A DNA stretch of 64,000 nucleotides from Podarcis melisellensis (Eukaryota): the NCBI GenBank assembly GCA_964234715.1, contig OZ174280.1; one strand, written 5' to 3'. The notes beneath the pieces were generated by a model that saw nothing but the letters and a program-made list of their open reading frames with translations, did no database searches and was not told where the DNA came from. Both the position numbers and the translations under genes were made by a program. This document shows, piece after piece, positions 24,539-37,926 of the stretch; within the stretch, counting starts at the first letter, position 1; every line of letters begins with the position of its first letter.

Positions 24539-25591
24539 CAGCAGGCCATATCCTCATAAACAGAACAGATCCTGTGTGTGTACAGTTTGTATGTATGTAG
24601 AATCTGGCAGGGATTGCTCTCCAATACCTGTACTAGCATGGTTTGCTCCCTGATTATGTTGCCTCAAAAGGGCTGTTGTTTCTGCACCTTTGCAGAGTTG
24701 TCACTGCAGTTTGTAAGTCATCTCACATTCCTGAGCGCTGCAAAAGTATGGCTGATGGAATACTTGGAAAGGTTTTATTTGTATCTGCACATTGTGTGGC
24801 TGCTTGTGCTTTTGTAAGTTTTATGTAACGTGGAATAGAGCAATTGGAATTGAATGAACTTTGGACCATACCTGAGCAAATGATTAAAGTATCTACATCC
24901 CTGTTAGATGTTAAGACTCTCTTAACAGGTTGCCTTTTTCTTTCTCTTGAAAGCAGAGTACTATGAACAGTAGAATAAATAAAGGAACAGTTCCACCTGA
25001 TGACAATGTGAATAAATAATTTTGTAGCGTGTGTTTCAGTGCAGTTGGCAGCGTTCAGTTCATTTTGAACAAAGGTCCATAAACGTGGTAATAACTCTGG
25101 AGGAGGTGTGGGTGACTGCCAAAAAGCCCCGAGTGGCTGATGCAGGGCATTCATAGTACAGACAAATAAGAAGCACCAAAACAAGACAGGATGCTCAGTA
25201 GTTGATGGAATTCCACATTATTATTATTTTCAGATACGAATCTGAACAAGGGACCTGAAACTGATGGGTGCAGTCCACTGACTGGCTGGGTGCTTTTGTG
25301 TGGGTGTGTATTGAGCAACCACAAACTGGCTCTAAGCCTGGGAACAAGAATAATATGCCTTCCTTGTGAACTGTTAGTAGCTAGAGCAGTTCCTCATAGC
25401 TCCTACTATTGGAGTGGGGGAAGAAAAGGGGTAATGCATATATGGTGTGGTGTCCCCATGCAATTTTAATAGGAAGTGGTTATATTAGGCTGCAGGGACC
25501 AGTGAAGTGGACAAAGCTACCACTTGACAGATTACTGCATACATTTTCTTAACTATGCTGTAATAACTATATTTACTACCAGCTAGCTTAC

Positions 25592-25614
25592 TGTGTGTGT
25601 GTGTGTGTGTGTGT
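25592..25614. repeat. (TG)n microsatellite
   Basis: Directly visible. Confidence 0.95.
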
Positions 25615-27974
25615 TTATCCTTTTAATAGTGGGGTGTCAGTGAATGGATAAAATATTGTGGTCCTATCGCTGCAAAAGAAACAAAACATACATGGAAAAT
25701 TGTTACATGTGATTTTGACAAATGTATTCTGAGGGACTCAAATTTCAGACTGGAAAAGCAGACTTAATAAAGACTTTTAACAGCAATCTCAATATTCAGT
25801 TTTCTCGGTGTGTTCAGGAATTAACTGTTGCTAGTTGGATGTTTGCTTTTCATTATTTTCCATATCAACTGCTAGCAGATTATTTGGAAAGGACCATATT
25901 TGAGTAGACCTTTGTTTCAGGTTGTTACTGAATCAATGATGTATGCAGAATTGGTTCTGTGTGAAGGAGGAGTTTCTCTGATCAACACATTTGCACAATA
26001 ATACATAAGTAACTTCTAGATGTTAACAGCTAGAATTCTTCCTAATGTTCTCACTTGTGAATTAAAGCTTTATTTTGTGCTTGTAATAATGCCGTGTTTG
26101 GTGTAACACAGTTAAAAAGCTGTGTGTATGCATATGCGTTTCCTGTATATGCTTCAATCTTAGTATTTCTGTGAACTAAATCCAATTTGGAATGGAGAAG
26201 AGTATCTGGCAGTAGACTTAGCATTGACTGCGTGAAATAGCAGGGCACTGTTCCAGGAAGCAACACATCATGTGTTAATCATGCTTTTTAAAGAATTTAT
26301 TCACAGATAATGATGTGTGTATAGGAGTTCTAGGAATAGCCACAATCTAGTTAATGTTGTTGTGTCAAGTGGGCTTTACGTCTAGAGCAGATATGCATGA
26401 TAGATGTTGACACTACAAAAAGTATTACTTCATTGAGTTTGCGAATTACAACATGAGGTTGGAGAAACAACCTTGATCAGTAGGAGCTACTAGCTGGAAT
26501 TTTGTTCTTTGATCTTGTGATCTTATTTTTGAGATGGAATCAAAATATCGAACACCTTACCTAACACTGACCTGATTTGCATGCAACACTGAATAAATTT
26601 TGGTTTAGTGTGTATGAGCAAATGTTTGGATTCCCAGATCGAAGATTGTGCTCCTCCTTTGGTCCTCCTGCTGCTACACTATCTGGGGCTAAGCCATGGT
26701 TTGGTTCTGCATTAGGTGAATGTACCAGTTTTGATAATACATTTCTTCATTGTTGTCCAGTGTGTACACTTCTCTAAAGGAGCCACCAGATTAGTGTTGG
26801 TCCATCACTATGTTTGGCTTGGGATTACCTGCGGTATGTAATACAAAAACTGCATCAATCTTTTATTAAACTTCAAGTATCTCTGCAGGGCCTGTGGTTT
26901 ATTTTGTGATTCTCAGAACTCTTTCTGATACAGCATACAATCTGTATATACAAGTCTAAACCTTCAGAATAAAAATGGTTTATTGCTAAACATGATTCTG
27001 CTGAAATCATTATTCCTTTGGACACAGAATACTGTATGTCCAAATGGCATGAGGGATATTGCAAGGAAAAAGAAAATGGGAAATGAGTCTTATAAAACAT
27101 AGAATATATTGGGATCTAAGTCAAACTTGGGAAAATTCACATAATAAAAGTGTCCATCCCTTCCCTCCCGGCTTCCATCCACTGTTGTTGTGGGTTCCTT
27201 CTGGTTTTAGGTTTCACCATGTTGCTTGCCCTTTTTTGGAAATAGGGAATTATAAATGATCTTGAATTTTGTCAGTTGAATTCTGTATCTGTCTACTGGC
27301 TTCCACAATCTTTCTCTCCATGATCTCTCTATTACATTGTGAAGTTAAACCATGGACAGTGTTGAAACAAAATGTTCTTAGACTCAAGAGGCCATATAAT
27401 TCCAGTAGTGATTTTAACAGCTATGCTTGTGGTGGCATTTGCTCTTAACGCACATGTTATCTCTAACATAGTCCTTGCTTCTCTTTCATATGTATTAGAT
27501 ACCTTCTTCTACTCACATGATGGAATGTAGCACATGGGTATTCTATGACACAGTAATTTGCTAACCTGTTTGACTAGTGCACTTCATTCTCTCTGTCACA
27601 GCATAGGAATAACTCAGAGAAGAAACTGCAAGACATTTGAATAATAACTATGAGGCATTAGTAGCTCCTCAAAGGCAGCATGAAGCTTGCTCCCTACTGA
27701 ATTTCTGCTGTGGGACAAAAATTAGGTTCTTTTAGGACTGCCTACCCCCTTCCTGGAAGGAATATAATTCTGGGCCAGAAGTATTTTTAATGTTTCACTC
27801 CAGTGTGATTGATCAGCTGCACATGTAGCACAAAAATGCCGTGGTTAGAGTTTCTTTGCTGAATGTGTAGCCAGTACACTGATTTTATTGAGGAAGAGGA
27901 AATAGGAGCCTCTTGTAAACAAGTAATGGATTTATATGACAAGGGAAAAATGAACTTGTACTCTTGTGTTACAG

Positions 27975-28022
27975 ATTCAGTGGTTCTTTCCTCTGACTCC
28001 GTTGGACGTTCAATAGGCTCAG
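27975..28022 (+). CDS. ST3GAL3: ST3GAL3 48-nt stem exon (exon 3)
   Basis: cttgtgttacAG|ATTCAGTGG...GGCTCAG|GTacaa. Reads (N)SVVLSSDSVGRSIGS versus human NSVVLSFDSAGQTLGS. Phase 1-1, in frame with both neighbours. Confidence 0.92.
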
Positions 28023-28359
28023 GTACAACAATCCCTCCCCCTCCCTCCCCCCTCTCATAAAAAGACTGCCATTTAATTTATATGTGACAGCCATGTTGGG
28101 AGGCAGAGAAGAGGCTGTCAAGCCTAGTTCAGGATTACCCTTCAAAGTAGCCCTTGAAAGAAATCTAGCAGATGAACTCTCTGTCTTCAAAAGGGAATTA
28201 CTTAAAATTACTTTGTGTGCCATGGCAACTCAAAGCCACTTAGAGTGGACTTCTTGTTTCCTTGTGTTGCATTTTTAGTGCTTCAGTTGTGAATTTGACT
28301 AAACATTTGTTCTAAGTGGCAGACACATTAGATGCAGGGTGATACTATAGGACTTTATT

Positions 28360-28497
28360 GGAGCGATAGGGAGCCTGCTGCCTCTGGATATTACTGGACT
28401 TCAGCTTCCATTAGCCCTATCTAGCATGATCAATGGTCAGAGATGATGGAAGTTTAGTTCAACAAAATCTAGAGTGCCACAGATTCCCCATTCCTGC
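28360..28497. mobile_element. Old hairpin hAT-type MITE
   Basis: Degenerate copy of the same family (ggacttcagcttccattagccct...gatgatggaagtttagttcaacaaaatctagag...ttccccattcctg). Confidence 0.55.
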
Positions 28498-31037
28498 TTT
28501 ATTGTGTTCCTTGCCACCTCTCCACATTCCTCAGATCAGCTGACCTGTTGATTGCACAACAGATCCACATTGCACAAATGGTATTCCTCCATTCCCAGAT
28601 GATATCCTGCCTTGTCATGCCATTTGGTGGAAAGGCTGGATATAAATTTAACTAAGGATAATGATAATATTTTTTTCTAGGCAGAGGGTTTAGTTGCATC
28701 TAATGTATAAATACACATGCACACCTTACCACCACCCCAACCATACAGTGCATTGTACACTAATTGGAGAAAAATACTCTTCCAAAAGAGAGTTCAGTTA
28801 AATAGATCACTTCTCCATTTTTGGGAAGAAATCCTGTTGAGGAATCTGTTCAGGAGGGAAGATGAAGGTATGCAAAGTTTTAAATGTGGAGTTTTAGCAA
28901 TGTTTGTTGAGACATACGGAGTTTATGAGCCAGGGAGAAACTTCATTTTGCTTCTCGATTGTGACTGAACTTTATAATCTTACAAATTGGAGCCTAAAAA
29001 CAAATTCTGTCCCTTGGGCCACTTCAGGTCACCTATGAACCAGCACTGCATAGATTGTACCTTCGGAGTGCTATTACTAGGATGGATCAGTGTTCTGGCT
29101 CATAGCTTTCTACCACAACACAAGTTCTGATATTCTGTTAAGGGCACGTACTCTGCAATGTGCGTTTCTGGAAGAGGAAGGGTAGGAAATTTCTCATTGT
29201 CCAGATTTTGTTGCAGTCCTAAAGAGGTGTGATGCCCCCAATAAAAGAAGCTTTGTTCCCCTCCCCTTTAAAAACTAGCCTCGTCCCACCCTCTCCCATT
29301 AAAAGCTGCTTTCAGGATTTCTAATTGTACTCTGGGAAGAATGTTTGCTGCCTTCCAACATGGTCCCAGGCTCCTGCCTGCACAATAATCAAGCACAGCT
29401 TGCTGCCTAACACTAATAGCAAAGCCTTGTCAAAAGGGTGCTGAGTTACTAACCTCAGATGGGGGTCTTTTAAAAAGCACAGGCTGCTTCCTGCTCTTCT
29501 TGCTTCATTCTTGAGAATGTGATCCTAAAGGCTGGTTGGGCAAGGGTGCATGATCTTGCTCACAGATTGCCCAGCTTTGCTTGAAGAAGGGAAATATCAA
29601 GTTTTAAAGAGATCCAATTTAGTACTTGCAGATACTGTTGCGCTAGTATCTCTGTGTGGGGCAAACATCACGAGGTGTTAGAAGACAATAAAAAAAGGGG
29701 GGGGGGAATCAGTTCCTCTGTCTGCCTCAACAAAATTCCATTATTCAGTCTTTATACTAAAGTAGCCAGCCATGGAGAGAAAGCTTGGAAACGGTTACAG
29801 TTTGTTAAACAGCTGCATGTTAAAGTTATTTAATATTAAGAGCTTTGGCTTTTTTGTGCTTCGAGCTCTGCCTACTAGAGAAAAAGAAGCTATGTAATAA
29901 GTTTGAGTTGTGTGGTCTGTTGCTGGACTGAGGGATAGCTTTCCTTGTTAAAACAGGAAGGAGAGAGAGAAAATCCACATCTCTTGTGCCTCTGTCATCT
30001 CTCCCATCACATCTTGCTGCAAACCTGGGAACAGGCAAAGCTAAGAGGGAACCTGTCGCTATTCCACGCCCAACCATTCCTAGTAGGTACTGATTCAGGT
30101 TGGGGAGAAAAGGGGGGAAATCAAATGATACACACACTAAAGAAAAAATATTCTTCAAGGGTTGGAAACTTGCAGTAGGTGACTTGGGAGTGGGTAGGTG
30201 CTTCCTCTGCTCATTGGGGCTCGGTTTGGATGATTCTAAATTTAAATTCCAGCTGTGTAGTTTTCCAATTATATGGAAACATAATAACTCTGAATTTACT
30301 CATATTTCATGTTTACATCTATTTTTCCCTACCCTCATTTTCCGTTTTTACCTTCTGATTGATTCCTAGATTCTAAACAACTGAAACCAGAAATTTCTGT
30401 GACTGTATGAAATCCCTTCTACATTCATGACACCAGATGTTTTAAATGGAAAATTGCATTAAACAATTTATAATGTCTTCTGTGTTCTTAAAAGTACGTA
30501 AACTTAAAATAGGGGATCTAAGGGTGCATATTCATCTTTGAAAAAGACCTTGCTATCTGAAAAAAACACCTGTTTCCACATGCACCAATCCATGTGTTAT
30601 GATATGCATCGGAGGCTTGTTACTTGCAGGCCGTACAATCAGAGATTAGGCAGGTAGCAACCACAGAACTGTTATTTTTAGAAGTGCTGTCCTGGTTCTG
30701 GAATCTCTTGCTGTGACTGCTCACTTGGTACCTGTTGTGACAAGTTTCAGTGCCAAGACAAGTCCTTTTTATTTGCCTAGCCATTTAAGTCATTTTTAGC
30801 AGCTATTTTATCTTAATTTTTGTTTTACTCTGTTTTGTGTGACAATTTTTACTGGCTTACTATTTTTCTGTAGATTTTTATATACTGTTTCAAAAACTTC
30901 GATTTAAAAGCTGCTTCAGAAAAAGTTGAATTAATTAGCATGCATTTGGTTCAGTCACATTCAGGATACTACATGCTTGCCCCAATCTGAAAAAAGAAAT
31001 GTGATGCACCAGGGCCTTGACAAGGTGCCATATCTGT

Positions 31038-31535
31038 CAGCCTTCTTTCACCCTGGTGTACTCCAGATGTTTTGAACAACAACTCCTATCATCCCTGACC
31101 GTTGGCTGTGCTGACTGGGACTGAAGGGAGGTTGAGTGCAGTGGGTCCCAAACTTTATGCCCCTGCAGATCACTTGACACTTGCTGTGGACCACTTAATT
31201 ATTTTTCTGCCTGTGGTCACAATTGTAATGTGCTATGCCAGATGCTACATGATTTTTAATTGCATATTTATTACTTCTATTATTTTTATATAGTGTATTT
31301 TGTAGTGATACAACTGAATTCCATCGTTTCAGATTGTAATATGATTATATACAATATATAAGAAATAAACAATTAATTAAATTCAAGTAATATGAATATT
31401 TAATACAATAGATGTGCTGTCTCCCATCTTCAAATTAATAGATGTGCTGCAGAATACTCAAATGAGGCTCATGAACTGTTGTTGGTACATGGTGTAATCC
31501 AAAACATCTGCAGAGTACCAGGTTGGAGAAGGATG
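31038..31535. mobile_element. Hairpin hAT-type MITE with a second hAT fragment nested at ~31139-31490
   Basis: Left arm cagccttctttcaccctggtgtactccagatgttttgaac pairs with right arm tccaaaacatctgcagagtaccaggttggagaaggatg. The inner piece starts CAGTGGGTCCCAAACTT and is AT-rich. Confidence 0.65.
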
Positions 31536-32852
31536 TGTTATGTGTTGCCTTGACATTTAGTATGTGTAGGATGGACTTTGTGGCTATTTAAAGTACTTCT
31601 CAGGTAGCCTCTATTAGGGAATCTAGTTCGTAGCATACTGAAAAAACAGGCCCTCTTACACCCCAGGGCAATTGAGGTGGTGAGGAAGTTGCAACACGTT
31701 TGTCCTTCCAGTCACATGGCTTCTCACTTTGAAGTTTTGAGTCGGACCTCTAGTCACTGTTCTGATTTTATGCCCATATTAATTTTTTCCAATCTTCTTT
31801 CTAGTGCCATATGTCCCTGAAGATGTGAAGTTGCTTGATGGCATAACCTGTGCATTACACATGTTCCTTCCTTTTCCATACCAGTTTTAATGACCAACGG
31901 CTCTACCTTTTCTTATCTTCTGTTGACTTCTGCCTTTCTACTCCAATATACATCTGGCCCCTTTTCACAGGAGTCTGTAGACTAGAACCTCTGGGGATAG
32001 GGAGGGATGCCTTTTGTTCTGAAAAAGCACCAGCCTATCTTCAAACCCTAAATGGTCATCTGTATGTGTTGAACTATTTTCTTGTGGGATTATTTCTGCT
32101 GTGCAGGAGGCAGTTAGATTTAGAGCTTATCCAGATATTTGAAGTCCTGGGTGTTTTCCTTTCCCCTAGTCCCAGTGCAGTGAATGCTGTAATCTGTCCA
32201 AATATAATGGATGAGTGTGTAAGGTAGCTTAGTTGCAGAGGGATAGCCTGTTTGCTGTCTTGTTTTTTTTCCTGACAAAAATTAATGGAGCACTGGAGAT
32301 GTGCATTTCAGCCACGGAGAAGGGCGTATATTTTTAGAACAATCTAAAAAATGGCAGACATTGATGTTAGAAGCTGTTTTTATGGATAGCTTCAAGGAAG
32401 GGTTGGCAGACCACAGGCTTGATAGATGTTTGTTTTTTAGTAGAACCATGAGAACCACCAGCCACATGCAGGTGCAAAATGGGGGCACAAGCAGGCTTCT
32501 GCAATCTGCACACTTCTCATTTAAGGCCTCTGAGCAGAGCAATTTGGTTTCAGGCCTAGAACTGATCTCTTGGTCATTTCACATGCAAATCCAGTCCTGG
32601 ATACCCCTCAAGCTGTCTTTCTCTCAGTAACTTTAATTTCTAAAGGGTGTGTGTGTGGACTTTTAATGGCTTCTGTTGTTCAATATCTAACAGTTAATTC
32701 CACCCCTGATAAATCACCTCAAGATTTGTCCATGGATCCTGATCTGCCTTCTGCCTATCTCTGACTCACAGGACACACCAGTCAAGAAACTAGTCAATAA
32801 CTTTATTAACTCTCTCAAAATAACAGAACAGGCACAGACGCTTCCTGCTACT

Positions 32853-32867
32853 AGTGCCACCTGGTGA
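32853..32867 (-). promoter_or_regulatory. Candidate CTCF site
   Basis: Minus strand tCACCAGGTGGCACt fits the core with one mismatch. Motif match only. Confidence 0.35.
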
Positions 32868-34270
32868 TTTAACTATATTGTGACACTCCACAGAAGTGAC
32901 TAGAATTTTGATGTTGACTTACTTTTTTGTTTTAGCACCACTTAGCTATACAGCGAGGGGACGCAGCCTCAGAAGTTTTGGGGGAGGGGGTTATTATAAT
33001 GCTAACCTTTTTAAAAGGCCACATAATGGAGCAAATACTTGAGGGTGTGTGTTTGCGTCTTGGCATTGTTGACATCAAACTTGCTATGCATTATGTGCCC
33101 TGGTGAATGTTTGAAGTACTGTTCTTAATTGCATTAAACCCAATAACTTTTCCATGTGACATTATATTGTGTTCTAGAAAATTCAGTGTCCCTGAAACAG
33201 ACACCCTTTGTTGATGAACGATGTCTGGATCATGTGCAACGAAAGAACAAGAGTTGAAGAGTTATATTCAGTTTTGATAAATGGATAACTTTGAAAGGCC
33301 AGTGGCCTAATCAAGAATTGATTAATCTTCACAAAAGAATAAACTTCAGCAAAGAGCAAATCAATTTTGAAGGAGCTTTATCTTGGATTATAATTATTGG
33401 GGGGGGGGGGAAATAGGGATGTAGATTTGATCTAAGCATCTAAACTGGTATTATCAACAATTGATAGTAAAAGAAATCTACAAAAGAGCACTTAGTGTCT
33501 ATTTAAAATGAGAATCATGTCCCACTCTGCTATGCCTCTTCATTGTGTGTGGCTGTATAATTGCATTTGTCATCTACATACTGACATACTACATACTTTC
33601 AACCACAGTATTTAGAATTTGACAATTGACTGGTTTAGTGTTCTTTGCCCGCAATGTAAAAGATTCCATGATTCAATGAAACAGAGTGTGTCATGGCTAA
33701 TCTGCTGTTTACTTCCCTTGGTCTTATGCGGTTAGAAACTTGAATTGCATAATGCAAATGCCACCAAAATAAATAATTCTGGATTTCAGGGCCTGGACTC
33801 CTGAATCAGAAAACTGTCTTTACCACTATCAGTGCCCGGGAGGGATACTATTAGAGGACCATGAATGATCTGTCTATTTTTTGTTACCAGATGCAAGAAA
33901 CAAGCTTGTGTTAATAAAGCAAATGAGCTAATGTTTTCATCTGCCCTCATCTCTCCCTGTAGGGTTGGCGAAATGGATTGCTACAATTAGAGGACTCTTA
34001 CAATTCTTGAGATAGTTCTATTTCTCAAACCTGTTCTGACATCTTTCTGTCTTATATATGTATTACTTCTGGAGGAGGACCTGCTCTTGGGTAGGGCTGA
34101 TACTAGGCAGCAGCATTTAGTATCTCCTAGGGGGAAACCTCCATGAGAGCTTAGCTTCCACATCATGTCTTTTCTGAGGGCATTTCTCGGTCTCATCTAA
34201 TATTTCTTTGACTTGGGTGAAAGGTTTCTGAGAGTGACATTTGGAGCTTTTTGCTCTGTGGTTAAGCCTG

Positions 34271-34415
34271 TAGGGTTGCCATAATTTGAAGAGCAAAAAA
34301 GAGGACACATTTGCCAACTTCTACTTTTAACTATGGCTCAGCATGATGACTTTCATTTTACATACCCATGAAAAAGAGGACATGTTCTGGAAAAAGAGGA
34401 CACATGGCAACCCTA
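34271..34415. mobile_element. Short hAT-like MITE
   Basis: Perfect 12-bp TIR TAGGGTTGCCAT / ATGGCAACCCTA and three internal AAAAGAGGACA repeats. No clear TSD. Confidence 0.7.
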
Positions 34416-34548
34416 GAAAGGGTACAACTGCATGCTCAGAAGGACATTCCTTTCATGCTTGGAAGATTATTTTTTTTACTAGGTCCAAGGAAATGAAGGA
34501 GACTTCAGCTTCCCTATAAAGAAGGCAGTCCAGAACCTTTGCTTCCAG

Positions 34549-34622
34549 CCCCTCCCTTCCTCCCTTCCTCCCTTCCTCCCTCCCTTCCTTCCTTCCTTCC
34601 TTCCTTCCTTCCTTCCTTCCTT
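34549..34622. repeat. (CCTT)n / polypyrimidine microsatellite
   Basis: Directly visible. Confidence 0.95.
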
Positions 34623-35139
34623 TTTTTCTATCCTTTTCTTCATTGTCAGGTGATACCGGGGTGAGTCACATCATAAAAGTACACAAACAAAATACAACAT
34701 TCATACCAAATAAACAATATAATTCACTACATCTACTCCTTTTAAAAATAGACCAGGGGGCTCCATATCTCATCCACCAACCCCAAGACCCCAAGGCTTA
34801 GAGAAAGAGAAAAGTGTTTTTTATCATTTTAATTTTGTTTAATAAAATAAAGCAAATATAAAGAGCAAAAAGCAATACAGTTTCAACAGGTTGAAAGCAG
34901 CACAAGGTTGGACATTATAATTGATCTTGTTCTAAAACATTACAAAAAATACCCCCCAAAACCTGTTGTGCTGGTTTATATGTATTTTTTGTACTAAGTT
35001 ACTTAAGCATAGTTACTATGGACCAAATTTTATCAATCTATTCAGATATAGTAGGAAATTGACTTCTCCCCCTTCTACCTGCAGGATTCTCCTTTGCATC
35101 CTGTCTATGAACAGAAGGAGCATAACTCTGATACGTTAG

Positions 35140-35262
35140 AAGTGTGCATGCACACGAAAGCACACGAAATACGTTAGAAGTGTGCATGCACACGAAAGCT
35201 CATACCAAGAACTAACTTAGTTGGTCTTTAAGGTGCTACTGGAAGGAATTTTTTTATTTTGT
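35140..35262 (+). mobile_element. Penelope-like element 3' terminal fragment with hammerhead-core relic
   Basis: GAAGTGTGCATGCACACGAAAGCTCATACC...TTAGTTGGTCTTTAAGGTGCTACTGG matches the recalled squamate Penelope end. Flanked by a 13-bp duplication TCTGATACGTTAG at 35127-35139 and 35263-35275. Confidence 0.8.
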
Positions 35263-37527
35263 TCTGATACGTTAGGATATCATATGCCCCTGGAAAATAA
35301 AATATTTCTGCTTAGTTAACTAAAATACGTCATTCCAGAAAATGATGAAGAAATAGTGTTTAGCCTTATAACTGCTGTTAATATAACAGCTAAAAAATAG
35401 GAGGGGAGCATTTTTCACCCATTTCCCTATTTCCCCATAAGTCTGCTATGCTGCTTTTTGTGCTGCTTTCAAGAGTCCCCCAGCCCTCCCAAATACATTT
35501 GGAGGAACACCAAGGTGAATTGGCAAGAGATTCCCCTGTCCTCCACACACTACCAGGAATGTTTTTAGCAGAAGTCTGCTCAAGGGATGCTCCCACCAGT
35601 GGGAGGAAACTTAGGCTCCCAGCCAGTATGTCCTGATGGTAGTTTTAAACAATGCTGTATTTTATTTTATTTTTAGAGAAAACTCATGAATTAGAAAAAA
35701 CATTTTATTTTAAGTTCAATGGTGAAGTCTGAGTTTGTCTTTTGTGATCCAGAATGCTCTACTTCAATGCTACTTTGAGGACATCTCTGCCTGGGGCAGT
35801 AGAGCTTTTTCTACTTGATAAATAATTGCCATGATTGCCCATAAAGTTTCATCAGTTTCAATGAATTGTAGAAGCTCATTTGTTCTGCAGAACATTTCCT
35901 TGGTTTCCTCCAGTTCATCTTTGGGTAACAGTGCTTACTCCATGTTTTATATCCCCATGACAGTTTAATTGGGAGTTGGCTGATGGTTTGCCAATTCCTG
36001 TTGTACCTTGTTTGTCAAGTGCAGCAGTTCTTTTCTACTATTGGTCTCCTTTCCACCTCTCATCTCTATTGGCTATGGGATATGAATGTCTGTGGGTGGG
36101 AATCTCCATAGAAATAACCTTTAATCTAGTCTTGTAATAAAATATTCCTATGTCCTCTTATTTATTATTTGTTATCTTTTGCAGATCAAGTTGACTCGCC
36201 CCAGAGGTCACCAAGAACTTTTGCACATTACTTTTTTGTTAATATTATCTTTGACTTTTACTAGGAAATATGATACGGCTTCTGAAGTGGAGCAAAACCT
36301 CTTTTGTGAAACAGTCACTTAGGAATGTTTAACTACATTTACACAAGGATTCATGGCACTGAATGAAATCACAGTTTATGTAACAAAGACCTGCATGTGT
36401 CCAAGTACATAACTTTTTAGAGAAGAAAAGACAAAGATTATGCATATTCCCTTTCTTTTTGAGTTTTCTATGAGTTCTTTATACTCCTGTCTGGAAGATT
36501 TCCGTAGTTTTGAAGGCTGCCCTGAATTTACTGTGGAGAAGAAGAATATTCACATGCTTAGAATTTGCTATTTCTGACATAAGTCTGCGAATAAGCTCTG
36601 AGACTACTGGTCCCCGTTTTCTTTTCTCTTTTTTTGTCTCAGTCCTTGTTTATTCAGAAGATACATACAGGCAAAACAGTGGATTACTAACGCTTTCATT
36701 GCTAAGGTGATATGGAGCTGGCAGAGTGCCACTGAGAAATGTTCTGGATGTGAGCCCAGAAAAGAAGTTTCTGAGGGGTCTAGTCAGGCATTTTCATGGG
36801 AAAGGAAATTTTACTGAAAATGCAGTACCTGAATTACATAGCTTGCTAAACACTCTAAATCAAAGGATGGCATTCATGATTGAAGACTGTTTATATGAAT
36901 GTTTGCTCCGTGAGAAAAATATAAAGCAATTGGCTATAAAGTATCTTTATTGATATAATAGATGCATGGAAGTTATTCTAGTTATGGCTTTCATGTTGGA
37001 TATTATCTGTAAGAAATAGTAAGGAGAAATAAATAATGTTGGTTGGCTGTTACAAACGGCCAGCCCATTAAGTAGTTGTGTGCAAACCATGGTGAGGCCA
37101 TTGGGTAAACTGTCATCAAGACTCAGTTTGGGATGGGAGGTTCCTTTCTCCCCAGAAACCAAAATAACCACTGCACAGGTGAACTGTGTCATCACTTCTC
37201 ATCTACACTTACCTGTTCCTCTGTGATATTTTTCTGGGAAAGTTATTATCCGTTGTCTATTGTATATATATATACACACACGCATATCCCAAGGGCCTTA
37301 CAAGGGCACTGCAGTATTCAGATTGCGACCCAAATAAAGTCACACTGTGCTGTTGTGTATTTCAGAAAACATGTTAGTTTCTGGGCCAACCCTACGAGTC
37401 AAGAGAGCTGTCTTCTAGCAGAATAGAACTAGGGTTGCAATGGTAAATAGTTCCCCTAGCATATTTCAGCTATATCCTGGCCAGACAGTCATTTTAATTC
37501 CATAAGGGTTTATTCCTTAAACATTAC

Positions 37528-37868
37528 CGTATTTTTCCATGTATATGATGACATTTTTTTGTGTGTGTGATAAATTGAGGGTCGTCTTATACACGGGTTA
37601 ATATGCTAAGTAAGCGAGGGCTGGTGCTACGGTGGTAGCAGGGAAATGTCAGAGAGGAGGCAGCTTACCCGCTCTTCCCGGCTTAGGAAGAGTATTTGGT
37701 GAGTGCCAGTATGTGGTGTATTATGGCACCAGTTCCGTCAGCCAGAGCGGGGGATCATCAAAAAGCTGCTCAACAGCTCAGCAAACTTACAAAAGAAGCT
37801 CCACAACTGTTGAGGGCTCCCAAAAATAGGGGTCGTCTTATACATGGGGTCGTGTTATACACGGAAAA
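37528..37868. mobile_element. TcMar (Tc2/Tigger-like) MITE
   Basis: Left end TA-CCGTATTTTTCCATGTATA. The subterminal motif GGGTCGTCTTATACACGG occurs three times (~37578, ~37830, ~37846). The right end is degenerate. Confidence 0.65.
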
Positions 37869-37926
37869 AGTAATCTGTAATCTGCAGACATGTATACACG
37901 TATGTCCCAAGGAAACGTAACAGTCC

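Noticed and set aside
27863-28060. 65-aa ORF as a standalone gene
   Set aside because: Only the 48 nt between the splice sites match ST3GAL3; the flanks are intronic read-through.
33205-33300. C/D box snoRNA (TGATGA at ~33213)
   Set aside because: There is no suitably placed CTGA D box or terminal stem.
35140-35205. Functional hammerhead ribozyme
   Set aside because: Stem II and GAAA are present but the CUGANGA box is missing; the 6783 and 58900 relics also have mutated cores.
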